Part shown: one piece after another, positions 9,707-18,106 of the stretch
Numbering within the stretch: the stretch's first letter is position 1
Layout: each line of letters opens with the position of its first letter
Source: Candidatus Lindowbacteria bacterium RIFCSPLOWO2_12_FULL_62_27
Lineage (GTDB): Bacteria; Lindowbacteria; 2-12-FULL-62-27
DNA: 64,000 nucleotides
NCBI GenBank assembly: GCA_001784175.1
Contig: MFPR01000044.1
Location: forward strand, 1 to 64,000
Direction of reading: 5' to 3'
Program-made: the position numbers and the translations under genes
Notes under the pieces: generated by a model
Databases searched by the model: none
Told to the model about the DNA's origin: nothing
What the model saw: only the letters and a program-made list of their open reading frames with translations

Positions 9707-10932
9707 TGTGGAGCGCCCGATGGAAATTGAATGTTCTGCGACATAAAAAAATCAAGAATGCTTTCGGACACAATCCGGTTGGTCAGGGCGGAAAAATGGG
9801 ATTCCTTCTCGTAAAACGTTTCAACGGGAAACATCCGTGCGGCCTCCCGCATCCGATGTTCGGGATGGATGACATGGCACTGCTGATCGATCGCGGCAAG
9901 CAGTTCCGCGTATGGCAGCGTCCGGCCTTCGACCATATCCCGGAGGTCCACCATCTGCGGGATATGAACGACGTAGAATTTGGATCCGGCCTGAACCGCC
10001 TCCCGTTGAAATTCCTGCACGATCCGGAGCGCAAGTCCGCCGCCTTCATTTGACGGGGAATAAAAATCTCTCTCCATTCGGTCATACTGCCGTATATAAC
10101 GATTTTCCGAGAGCAAGGCGATCAATTTGGAGTTGAACCAGATTGCACGGTCATGCGGCTGATAAAAATATTCGTGCGAAACCCATTTCCAGTCATCCAG
10201 ACGGCTGATTGTCTCTATGATCCTGTCCGGCGGCACCGTCGGAACATTGATCAAGGACAGATTCCGGCCGTCCAGGATGAATCTGGGTTTTGTGACCGAC
10301 AACTCCGAAATGGGATTGTAGATCATGCGGATCATATTGACGTTTCGTTTCGCGTTTTCGGCCATGAATCCGAACAGGACGATATGGGGATGAAACGGCC
10401 GCCCATCGCGCCGCCAGCGCAAAAAAGCCTGGTCCATACCGTATCCGCCAACCCCGAAGTTCAGCACCTCGACCCTGTATCCGGCCCGGCGCAGTTCCTG
10501 TTCGAGCATGTAACCCCATGAATAGCGGAACGGAACTTCGTAGCAGTGGGTGAATGAATCTCCAAACAGGGCGATCCGGAGCGTGCGGGGCGGAGGATAC
10601 CGATCGTATTCCCTCGGCTCCGAACGGATGCCCACCGAGTTATATTGGTAAAATCCCTCCTCGGACCGGCTGTTCGGCCGGTGCGACCATCCGAGATCCG
10701 GATCATAGATGATCCGGGTGGTGTCCGATGCCAGATACCCGTTGTGGACTCGTTTTATCCGGCTGAGAGGGATTATTTGCGGAGGCAGACGCCTGTTGAA
10801 AAAATAATAATTACCATCCTCATCGCGATGACAGACGACGCGAACGGCGACTTCAAACAGACCGAAGGCCAACAAAATGCCCGCGAACGGCAAAGCAATC
10901 CGTTTGAAGGTGACGCGCAAGGGAATGTTCAT
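9703..10932 (-). CDS. Membrane-anchored SGNH/GDSL hydrolase-family protein
   Basis: N-terminal TM helix, FGDSFT, VLNFGVGGYGMDQ, C-terminal ESHF. Confidence 0.82.
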   Translation of the reverse strand: MNIPLRVTFKRIALPFAGILLAFGLFEVAVRVVCHRDEDGNYYFFNRRLPPQIIPLSRIKRVHNGYLASDTTRIIYDPDLGWSHRPNSRSEEGFYQYNSVGIRSEPREYDRYPPPRTLRIALFGDSFTHCYEVPFRYSWGYMLEQELRRAGYRVEVLNFGVGGYGMDQAFLRWRRDGRPFHPHIVLFGFMAENAKRNVNMIRMIYNPISELSVTKPRFILDGRNLSLINVPTVPPDRIIETISRLDDWKWVSHEYFYQPHDRAIWFNSKLIALLSENRYIRQYDRMERDFYSPSNEGGGLALRIVQEFQREAVQAGSKFYVVHIPQMVDLRDMVEGRTLPYAELLAAIDQQCHVIHPEHRMREAARMFPVETFYEKESHFSALTNRIVSESILDFFMSQNIQFPSGAPQ

Positions 10933-12650
10933 CTGGAATCAGAGGAGAGTTCAATGGATAAGTGTCCGTGCGTTGGAGGCTGTCCCATCAACAGCAGTCC
11001 GAGGATGAGATCGAACTGCGGATCGGTGACGGCGTCTCGCGCCGCCGCCTGAGCCTCGGAGATCGCATGGGGCGTATCACCGGTGGCGCACAAGAGTAGG
11101 ACAAGATTCCGTCTCGCTATCATATCTCGCGGTTCGATCTGAACGGCATGGCGCATGTGATGGACGGCCCGATCGTATTTGCCGGTTTGATACAACAGAG
11201 CGCCCAGGTTATTGTGGCTCCGGAAGTCGGCGGGATCGGATTGCAGGGCCTTTTGATAGAGATTGACGGCATCGGCCGCACGGGATTCTTCTCCTGCAAT
11301 TTTGGCCAGATTGTAATAGGCCGTCGGATAGGACGTGTCGATGCGCAAGACAGCCTCGAAGTGCCTCCGCGCCTCGTCGCGGTCACTCCGGTGCGCAAGA
11401 ATGGTCCCGAGATTGTTGTGGGCGATCGCCGCGCGGGGATTGAGGTTGAGCGTGTCGCGCCAGAGAGACTCCGCATTCCGGAAATGTTTCGCCCGGTCAT
11501 GAGATGAAAAAGCGAGCCCGACCATGACGACCACCCAGAACACGCTGATGACGCGCGCCGGACTGCGCAATCGGCGCGCGACCTGTTCGGCCAGACCGGC
11601 GGCGGCAGCGGCGATTCCGATGATGGGCAAATAGAGCCAATGATTGGCGACATAGGAATACCTGAAATAGAAAACATTAAAAAAACCAAGTACCGGCAGG
11701 AGGCCTGATAAAAAGAACAACACCGCCGCCACGATGGATCTGTCATGCCTGATACCCCATCCAATCCCTGCAAGAATGAACGCGATCGCCGCAATGCTGC
11801 CGATCCAGTTCCATGGGCTGGACGGGTGAATACTCCACCTGTCATAAACGAACGATAGATTCAAAGGCCAGAGGCATTTCCACAGATAGAACCAGAACGC
11901 TTTTCCCGCGATGACGAACTTTTCAGCCAGCGTGCGGGCGGAATCGGCCGCGCCGACCTGATGGTATTCGACATGTACGGCGACCAATCCCATGCCGAGG
12001 GCGATCAAAAAAAATGGCACGAGCCGCAACCACAATCCGGCGGACAGCGGCCGTTTTTTCCACCATTGAATGATGAGGACCGCCAAGGGCAATGTAACGG
12101 CGGCCGATTTGCTGAGAACCGCCATGAGAAACAGTCCGATGCTGATCAGATAAGCCCGCGGGTTGTTGGATTCATCATGCCGAAGAAACGCCAGGAGTGA
12201 ACAGAGATAGAAGAATGTCGACAGGGTGTTCTTTCGTTCTGCGATCCACGCCACGGATTGAACCTGGACAGGATGGAGCGCGAAAATGGCGGCCACCCAG
12301 AACGCTCCGGCCATCCCGAGCCGCCGGAGGATATGCCAGACCAACAGGGCATTCGCGAGGTGGAGTACCAGGTTCACGATATGGTAACCGATCGGATTCA
12401 TGCCCCATACCTTGTGTTCAATCCAGAAGGACGTGGTCAGGAGCGGATAATACTGATGATTTTCGAATGAGAGCCACATCCGAAAGAGGCCGGTCAGGTA
12501 GAGAATGGAGGGATTATCGGCAATATAGAGATCATCATCCCAAATGAATCCTCCGTTCAATGCCGGCCAATAGGCAAATACCATGAACGAGACCAACAAC
12601 AATGTCCGGGCCGCCATGGCCGGCCGGTCAATGCAAGCACGCGGTTCCAT
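10929..12650 (-). CDS. TMTC-like GT-C protein O-glycosyltransferase with TPRs
   Basis: FIWDD, YYPL, GYHIVNLVLH, FALHPVQVQSVAWIAERK, VLSK, ANHWLYLP, TPRs. Confidence 0.88.
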   Translation of the reverse strand: MEPRACIDRPAMAARTLLLVSFMVFAYWPALNGGFIWDDDLYIADNPSILYLTGLFRMWLSFENHQYYPLLTTSFWIEHKVWGMNPIGYHIVNLVLHLANALLVWHILRRLGMAGAFWVAAIFALHPVQVQSVAWIAERKNTLSTFFYLCSLLAFLRHDESNNPRAYLISIGLFLMAVLSKSAAVTLPLAVLIIQWWKKRPLSAGLWLRLVPFFLIALGMGLVAVHVEYHQVGAADSARTLAEKFVIAGKAFWFYLWKCLWPLNLSFVYDRWSIHPSSPWNWIGSIAAIAFILAGIGWGIRHDRSIVAAVLFFLSGLLPVLGFFNVFYFRYSYVANHWLYLPIIGIAAAAAGLAEQVARRLRSPARVISVFWVVVMVGLAFSSHDRAKHFRNAESLWRDTLNLNPRAAIAHNNLGTILAHRSDRDEARRHFEAVLRIDTSYPTAYYNLAKIAGEESRAADAVNLYQKALQSDPADFRSHNNLGALLYQTGKYDRAVHHMRHAVQIEPRDMIARRNLVLLLCATGDTPHAISEAQAAARDAVTDPQFDLILGLLLMGQPPTHGHLSIELSSDSR

Positions 12651-12658
12651 CGAGCGAT

Positions 12659-14314
12659 TCAGGGAGAAACTCCGGATTTCCGCGAGGCCATCAACAATCC
12701 GAGTTGGTTGTGGATGGTCGTGTCATATGGCGCAAGCAATGCCGCGAGAGATAAATGGCCGATCGCATAATCGAGATCGCGGACTTGGACGTACAGTATT
12801 CCCAGATTGTAATGAGCATTGACGTGCTGTGGAGCGATGGTGGTGACGGCGTTAAAGTGATCGATGGCGTCCTGCGTTCGGCCGGCCTGCCACAGAATCG
12901 TCCCGTATTCGAACTGGGCCGCGGCGTCGTAGGGGTCCCGTTCGACAGCCTTGCGGCTGATGCCGATCGCGCGAGGGATGTCTCCCTTGATTCTCCATAT
13001 CTTGGCCAGATTGACGTAAGCGGCGGCAATGCCGGTGTCCGGCTGGATGGCGGTTTCGATATGCTGCTGAGCTTCATCCAACCGTCCCGTGCGCATCAAA
13101 TACGCTCCATAATTGATGTGCGCCAATGAAGGCTTCAAATTCCGCTTCAGCGCCGCCTGCCAAAATACATCTTCATTGGCGTATGCTCCACACCGGACCC
13201 ATGTAAACGCGGCGGCAAGGACGAGAATGCCCGTCCACAGACCGGCGCGGACCATCGGAAACGCCGGCGCGCGCGAGATGATCCGGTCCAGGAGCGCGGC
13301 TACCGCCACGATCAGCGCGATTCCACCGGCGTAGACATGGCGAAGATCAAGCAAGTTCGGAACGCTGCGTGATGACCGCATCAGGCCCGTATAGGGCAAT
13401 GTGAGAAACAGAAACACCAGAAGGGCTGAGACAAAACCCCTGCCGATCCGGTCTCGAAGATACCAGCCGATACCGATGACGGCCACAAACGCTGTTGAGA
13501 GGGTCCATGACAGTGTGTCTGCCGGCGTGACAGATCCGAACGTATAGCCGACCGTAAGATTGAGCGGCAAGAGACTATGAACAAGGTACAACCAGACTGT
13601 CCGGATGGCGTCGAGGAATTGGTGGAGCATCGACACATCCGAAACCTCCTGCCTTGCTCCTGTCCCATTTAAACAGGCTGTCAGCCGCAGAATCCCCCAT
13701 GCGGTTGCGACGAGGATGAACGGAATCAGCCGCAGGATTTCGCGGCCCCCGAGACGCCGGTTCTGAGACCACCACAGAAGCGGCAGGATGGACGGCAAGG
13801 CGACCATTTCGGTTTTCGCGAAGCACGCCAGAGCAAAACACAGGAGACTGAGAAAATATATGTCGACGCCTCCGATGTCCGCGTGCTTCATGAATATAAA
13901 TATGGAAAGAAGGCCGAAAAACGCTGATAGAACGGCCCCGTGGCCGCTCATCCAAGCCACCGAACAGACAGTCATGGGGTAAACGGAAAATAACATGGCT
14001 CCAGCAAGTGCGCCCGATACTCCCATCAGGGACAAAATCCGCCACAGCAGCACGGCATTCGCGATATGGATCAGGGTGTTGGTCATGTGATATCCCATGG
14101 GTTGAAATCCCCAGAACCGATGCTGGAACCAAAAGGAGGCGAAGGTCAGCGGGGAGTGTGACTTGGGAAAATGAGCCGACAAGATATCCTGCAACCCCTG
14201 ATACGAAAGTAAAGACTGGTTGTATCGAATGGTGGCAAGATCTTCCCAAATGAAATCGCCGGAGATCGAAGGCCGGTAAGCGGCGAATGCCAATCCCGCG
14301 AGGAGCATGGCCAT
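12659..14314 (-). CDS. Divergent TMTC-like GT-C/TPR protein (start uncertain; ORF open to 14560)
   Basis: Same architecture as its neighbours with altered motifs: FIWED, HSPL, YPMTVCSVAWMSGH, CFAKTE, LRHVY; TPRs. Confidence 0.78.
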   Translation of the reverse strand: MAMLLAGLAFAAYRPSISGDFIWEDLATIRYNQSLLSYQGLQDILSAHFPKSHSPLTFASFWFQHRFWGFQPMGYHMTNTLIHIANAVLLWRILSLMGVSGALAGAMLFSVYPMTVCSVAWMSGHGAVLSAFFGLLSIFIFMKHADIGGVDIYFLSLLCFALACFAKTEMVALPSILPLLWWSQNRRLGGREILRLIPFILVATAWGILRLTACLNGTGARQEVSDVSMLHQFLDAIRTVWLYLVHSLLPLNLTVGYTFGSVTPADTLSWTLSTAFVAVIGIGWYLRDRIGRGFVSALLVFLFLTLPYTGLMRSSRSVPNLLDLRHVYAGGIALIVAVAALLDRIISRAPAFPMVRAGLWTGILVLAAAFTWVRCGAYANEDVFWQAALKRNLKPSLAHINYGAYLMRTGRLDEAQQHIETAIQPDTGIAAAYVNLAKIWRIKGDIPRAIGISRKAVERDPYDAAAQFEYGTILWQAGRTQDAIDHFNAVTTIAPQHVNAHYNLGILYVQVRDLDYAIGHLSLAALLAPYDTTIHNQLGLLMASRKSGVSP

Positions 14315-14429
14315 GCCGACTCGCCGGACGGCGCCACACCCAGAACCCAGCGGGAGACAGGGTTTGTCGGATGGTGAAGCGTTTATCAACGGAAACCCCC
14401 TCAAGGAGCGGCGGGAGTCTGTCGGCTGT

Positions 14430-16766
14430 TCAGGGAGTAACCGGCCGGAAATGCGCGTAAACGTGGCCGTATTTTGTGTTGTTCGCGTTGACCCATCCGT
14501 GCAGAGCCACTTTGTAAGGGCTGTTCGTCGCTGACCATTTCTTCCACCCCGAATAAACAATCCATACCGATCCTGTTATATTCTCCCATGTCCATGAGTC
14601 ACCGCTGGTGATGGGATAGGACGACGTATTATCTTTGTCATACGCTTTCAATTGAAAATTGGTGGTTGCCGCGTTCTGCGTAGAAACATAGATGATGACA
14701 CGGGCTTCGACCTGCCCGTTGGGATCCACGTCCGTGGACATGAACGGCGATTCGACCCAGCTCTGGTCCGCGCCGGACGTGTTGCTCATCACATAAGCGC
14801 TGGCCTCGGACCGGAGCGCCAGGGACATGATGATGTTGCTGGCCTGAATGGTGCCGTTGGTCATGTCGATGACGACCTTGGAGTCGCCCGCGTTCTGGAA
14901 GGCGATGTCCTTATTGGCGGCAATGTTAAATTTACCGTTCCACTCATTCTGAATATACGCGTTCGCGTCGCCGAAAAAGATGGTCGCGGTGTCGCCGGAG
15001 GACCAGGAACCGTCTTCCTCGATCATGACGCCGTTGCCTGAACCATGAACCACGTGCAGTCCCCACTGCGGGTCGTTGTTGGTCCGGATGCCGACGTAAC
15101 CCGACGTCTGCTTCAGCCACAAGACCGTGTCGACCTGATAGAGGCCGAAGATGATGCCGGTGTCGCGCACGCCTCGCACGCGCGTGTTGACGTCGCCCAG
15201 AAAGAGCGTGGCGGTTTCGGCGTGGGCGTCCCAGCCTGCGTCGCCCTGGATCAGTTCGTTGCCGACCAGCGAGAGTTTGTGTGCCGGGGATTTCGTCCCG
15301 ATCCCGACGAACCCCGCGCCGGTGACCATCAGGCTGTCGCCGTCCGCGCCGCCGACCGAGAAGGAATCCTCAACGGCGACATCGCCGCGCACATTGAGTT
15401 TGCTGCCCGGCGTGTCGCCGCCGATGGCGACTTTTCCTTCTATCAGAAAATTCTGAAAACTCCCGTCCCAGCCGCCGACCCGGACCTTTCTGGTGTTCTG
15501 GTCGAATCCCAGAAACATGTATCCCGTTCCGCCTCCCAGGATATTGACGGCTTCGTTATCGTTGACCCCGCCTTCGATCACAAGTTTCTGGCCCGGGTCC
15601 TTTTTGCCGATGCCGACGTTTCCGCTGCCGGTAATCACGAAACTGTCGCCGCCCGTGCCGCCGACGACCAGCGAGTCCTGGATGATCACCGTGCCGACCA
15701 CGTCGAGCTTGGCGGCCGGATTGCTCGTGCCGATGCCGAACCGGCCGTTCGGGAAGGCGATCGTATCGACGTTGGTGCCGCGCCGGCCGAGGCGCATGGC
15801 GGCCGACCACGACGACCAGGCGTCGTTGGCCGTGATGATTTCATAGAACCGGGCGTCGGCCTTGTGGACCCATTTTTTCTCGTCCGTCGCCCCATCGGTC
15901 TCCTCGACAAGGAAATGGTCACCGGTAGCCTTGATGGTGAGCTTGCCCTGCAGGTCGTTGGTTCCGCCGATGGTGACCTTGCCGCTCGGGAAACTGATCG
16001 TGTCGACGACGTCGCCAGTTCGGCCGATTTTCAATCCTTCGTTCCAGCTCGACCACCCGTCGTTAGCGGCCGTGATGTCGAAATACCGGCTGTTGGCGCG
16101 GAAGAGCCAGCGTTTTTCGTCCGCCGCGCCATCGCCCTCCACGATGACCATCTGATCGTACGTTCCGGATATCTGCAACGAGGTCGCCTCGATCGTCGTC
16201 GTGCCGATTCCAACCGCGCCGCCGTCCTTCACATAGAGAGCGACGTTGCCGCCATCGTCGCGGAACCGGATGCCCTGCGCGGTGCGGGCGTCGAGGGTGT
16301 CGATCACGACGCGGCCGGTGAAAGTGTCGCCTGCGACGCGCGCGAATTTAGCGGAGTCCTGGCCTTCGAGGTAATACGCGTTGTAGGCATACGGCCCGGC
16401 CGCGAACTCGACGCGGGGGCTGAAGGTGTTGCCGCTGATGGCGATTTCGAGCCAGTTTTTTGTGATGAAGGTGGTTTCAGAAAAGGCGGAGGTCGATCCG
16501 AGATACACGCCGAAGACGCCGTTTTCGACGTTGACGTTGCTGAACGATTCCGGCCCCCACACGTTGTTGCCGCCGGTCACGGCGTCATAGAGCCGGAACG
16601 TCATGCTGTACTGGCCGGTCAGGAACTGCCCGGTGTCGTTGGTGACGCGGCCCTGATAGAAAACGGTGCGCGGAGGCGCCGCCGCAAACGCGGCGGACGA
16701 AAGGCCGAAGACGAACGCTGTGAGATGGGCGAATCTAATCCAAACCCCGGGACGGCTGATCAACAT
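14430..16766 (-). CDS. Secreted tail-fibre-like beta-repeat protein
   Basis: Signal peptide, YQGRVTN...FRLYD...SPR...PYA N-terminal domain, repeated GxVGIGT segments, two internal WSSW-containing repeats. Confidence 0.75.
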   Translation of the reverse strand: MLISRPGVWIRFAHLTAFVFGLSSAAFAAAPPRTVFYQGRVTNDTGQFLTGQYSMTFRLYDAVTGGNNVWGPESFSNVNVENGVFGVYLGSTSAFSETTFITKNWLEIAISGNTFSPRVEFAAGPYAYNAYYLEGQDSAKFARVAGDTFTGRVVIDTLDARTAQGIRFRDDGGNVALYVKDGGAVGIGTTTIEATSLQISGTYDQMVIVEGDGAADEKRWLFRANSRYFDITAANDGWSSWNEGLKIGRTGDVVDTISFPSGKVTIGGTNDLQGKLTIKATGDHFLVEETDGATDEKKWVHKADARFYEIITANDAWSSWSAAMRLGRRGTNVDTIAFPNGRFGIGTSNPAAKLDVVGTVIIQDSLVVGGTGGDSFVITGSGNVGIGKKDPGQKLVIEGGVNDNEAVNILGGGTGYMFLGFDQNTRKVRVGGWDGSFQNFLIEGKVAIGGDTPGSKLNVRGDVAVEDSFSVGGADGDSLMVTGAGFVGIGTKSPAHKLSLVGNELIQGDAGWDAHAETATLFLGDVNTRVRGVRDTGIIFGLYQVDTVLWLKQTSGYVGIRTNNDPQWGLHVVHGSGNGVMIEEDGSWSSGDTATIFFGDANAYIQNEWNGKFNIAANKDIAFQNAGDSKVVIDMTNGTIQASNIIMSLALRSEASAYVMSNTSGADQSWVESPFMSTDVDPNGQVEARVIIYVSTQNAATTNFQLKAYDKDNTSSYPITSGDSWTWENITGSVWIVYSGWKKWSATNSPYKVALHGWVNANNTKYGHVYAHFRPVTP

Positions 16767-16772
16767 AATTTG

Positions 16773-16801
16773 ATTTTATACGAAAGCCGGGGGTTTTGCA
16801 A
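16773..16801 (-). promoter_or_regulatory. Sigma70-like promoter, probably leaderless
   Basis: TTGCAA-N17-TAAAAT, 6 nt before ATG 16766. Confidence 0.6.
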
Positions 16802-16816
16802 ATCGTGCGGTTCTAA

Positions 16817-16851
16817 CCCCCCACCTCAATCCTCCCCCACAAGGGGGGAGG
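16817..16851. repeat. REP-like palindrome (degenerate copy)
   Basis: CCCCCCACCTCAATCCTCCCCCACAAGGGGGGAGG hairpin, same family as 24797-24901. Confidence 0.6.
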
Positions 16852-16876
16852 AGGTTAGGGTCAAGGGCGGAGGAGG

Positions 16877-18103
16877 TCAGCGGTCGAGGCGCACATCGTC
16901 GATGACGAGGACGCCGGCGCCGCCCTCCATTTTGGAAATCGCGATCCAGATCGATGCGGTGTTTGCCCAGTCCATCCGGTCGTCGCCGCCCCAGAAATAG
17001 GCGAAGCGGCTGACCGGGAGCGGGAGGTCGGTCCATTCGGCGCCCGCGCCGTCGGACGCCAGCGGCACATCCTCGAGTTTGACGCCGAAGTTTGTGCCAT
17101 CGGCATCGACGAGTTTGATCTCGACGGCGTTCCGGGCGCCGGTCATCCGGAGTTTCAGGTGGACGGTCCGGGCGGCGCTCAAGTCCATCTTCTTCTCCTG
17201 AGAAATCTGAACCCAGTCGCCGGCCGACAGATCATACGTGATCTCCAGCGCCCGCCCGTCGGCGCCCGGGACGGCGGCGGTGCGGATGGACGCGCCATCG
17301 GCGTGCTCCGATTTCCATTCGTCCGGGCGGTCCATCGGAAAATGCTGGACTGACCCGTCGTTTGCAAGCCTGATCCCGCCCAAATCGGAGCCGTCGATGC
17401 CGAGCAGACGCACCTCCATGTTGTGATGATCATCTTTCTGCCGCATCCGGACGCGGGCGGGCCGGCCGCCGGCACGGTCGGGGTCGAGCGTGGCCCGGAT
17501 CCGGTCCCAGTCCGCGGATTCGATGCGGAACGTCATTTCGGATTCGGCGCCGGTCGGCGGTGCTGCGCGGGGCGCGGAGGCGCCGAGGTCGAGATCGATA
17601 CGATCGAACGAAATGTCGGACGCGCCTCCTTCGATTTTGGACACCGCCATCCACACCGATGTGACTTTGGCGAGATCGAGCGACGTGTCGGTCCCGCCCC
17701 AGAAATACTCGAAGCGCGAATACGGGATCGCGACCTCGCGCCACGCGCCGTCGAAGGCGAGATCGTCGAGCCGCGTACCGAAATTGGTGCCGTCGGCGTC
17801 GACGAGTTTGACCTCCAGCCGGTTCTTCGAGCCCGCGCAACGGAGGTTGATCCGGACGGCGGTGATGCCCTCCAAATTCAAATCGGCGTCCTGCCAGACT
17901 TGCGCCCAATCGCCGCGGGAAAGATCGACGCTCACGACGATGCCTTTGCCGCCGGGCGTCTCCACCGTCTTGACGCCGATCGACGCGCCGTCGGCCTGGC
18001 CTGAATTCCATTTTGCCGGATCGGACACGTCGAGTCTCTCCGCGCCAGCGACCGCGCCAAGTACAAAACCCCAGGCAATCGCGACAGACAAAATGCTGGA
18101 CAT
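16877..18103 (-). CDS. Secreted protein with two CBM11/CIA30-like domains
   Basis: Signal peptide; two copies of GDWxQ...E(V/I)KLVDADGTNFG...W...P.SRF.YFWGG...W.A.SK.EGG. Confidence 0.8.
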   Translation of the reverse strand: MSSILSVAIAWGFVLGAVAGAERLDVSDPAKWNSGQADGASIGVKTVETPGGKGIVVSVDLSRGDWAQVWQDADLNLEGITAVRINLRCAGSKNRLEVKLVDADGTNFGTRLDDLAFDGAWREVAIPYSRFEYFWGGTDTSLDLAKVTSVWMAVSKIEGGASDISFDRIDLDLGASAPRAAPPTGAESEMTFRIESADWDRIRATLDPDRAGGRPARVRMRQKDDHHNMEVRLLGIDGSDLGGIRLANDGSVQHFPMDRPDEWKSEHADGASIRTAAVPGADGRALEITYDLSAGDWVQISQEKKMDLSAARTVHLKLRMTGARNAVEIKLVDADGTNFGVKLEDVPLASDGAGAEWTDLPLPVSRFAYFWGGDDRMDWANTASIWIAISKMEGGAGVLVIDDVRLDR

Positions 18104-18106
18104 AAT

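Noticed and set aside
14430-16766. Prophage tail gene or DGR target
   Set aside because: The protein has a signal peptide; no other phage genes, reverse transcriptase or template/variable repeat pair were seen in the window.
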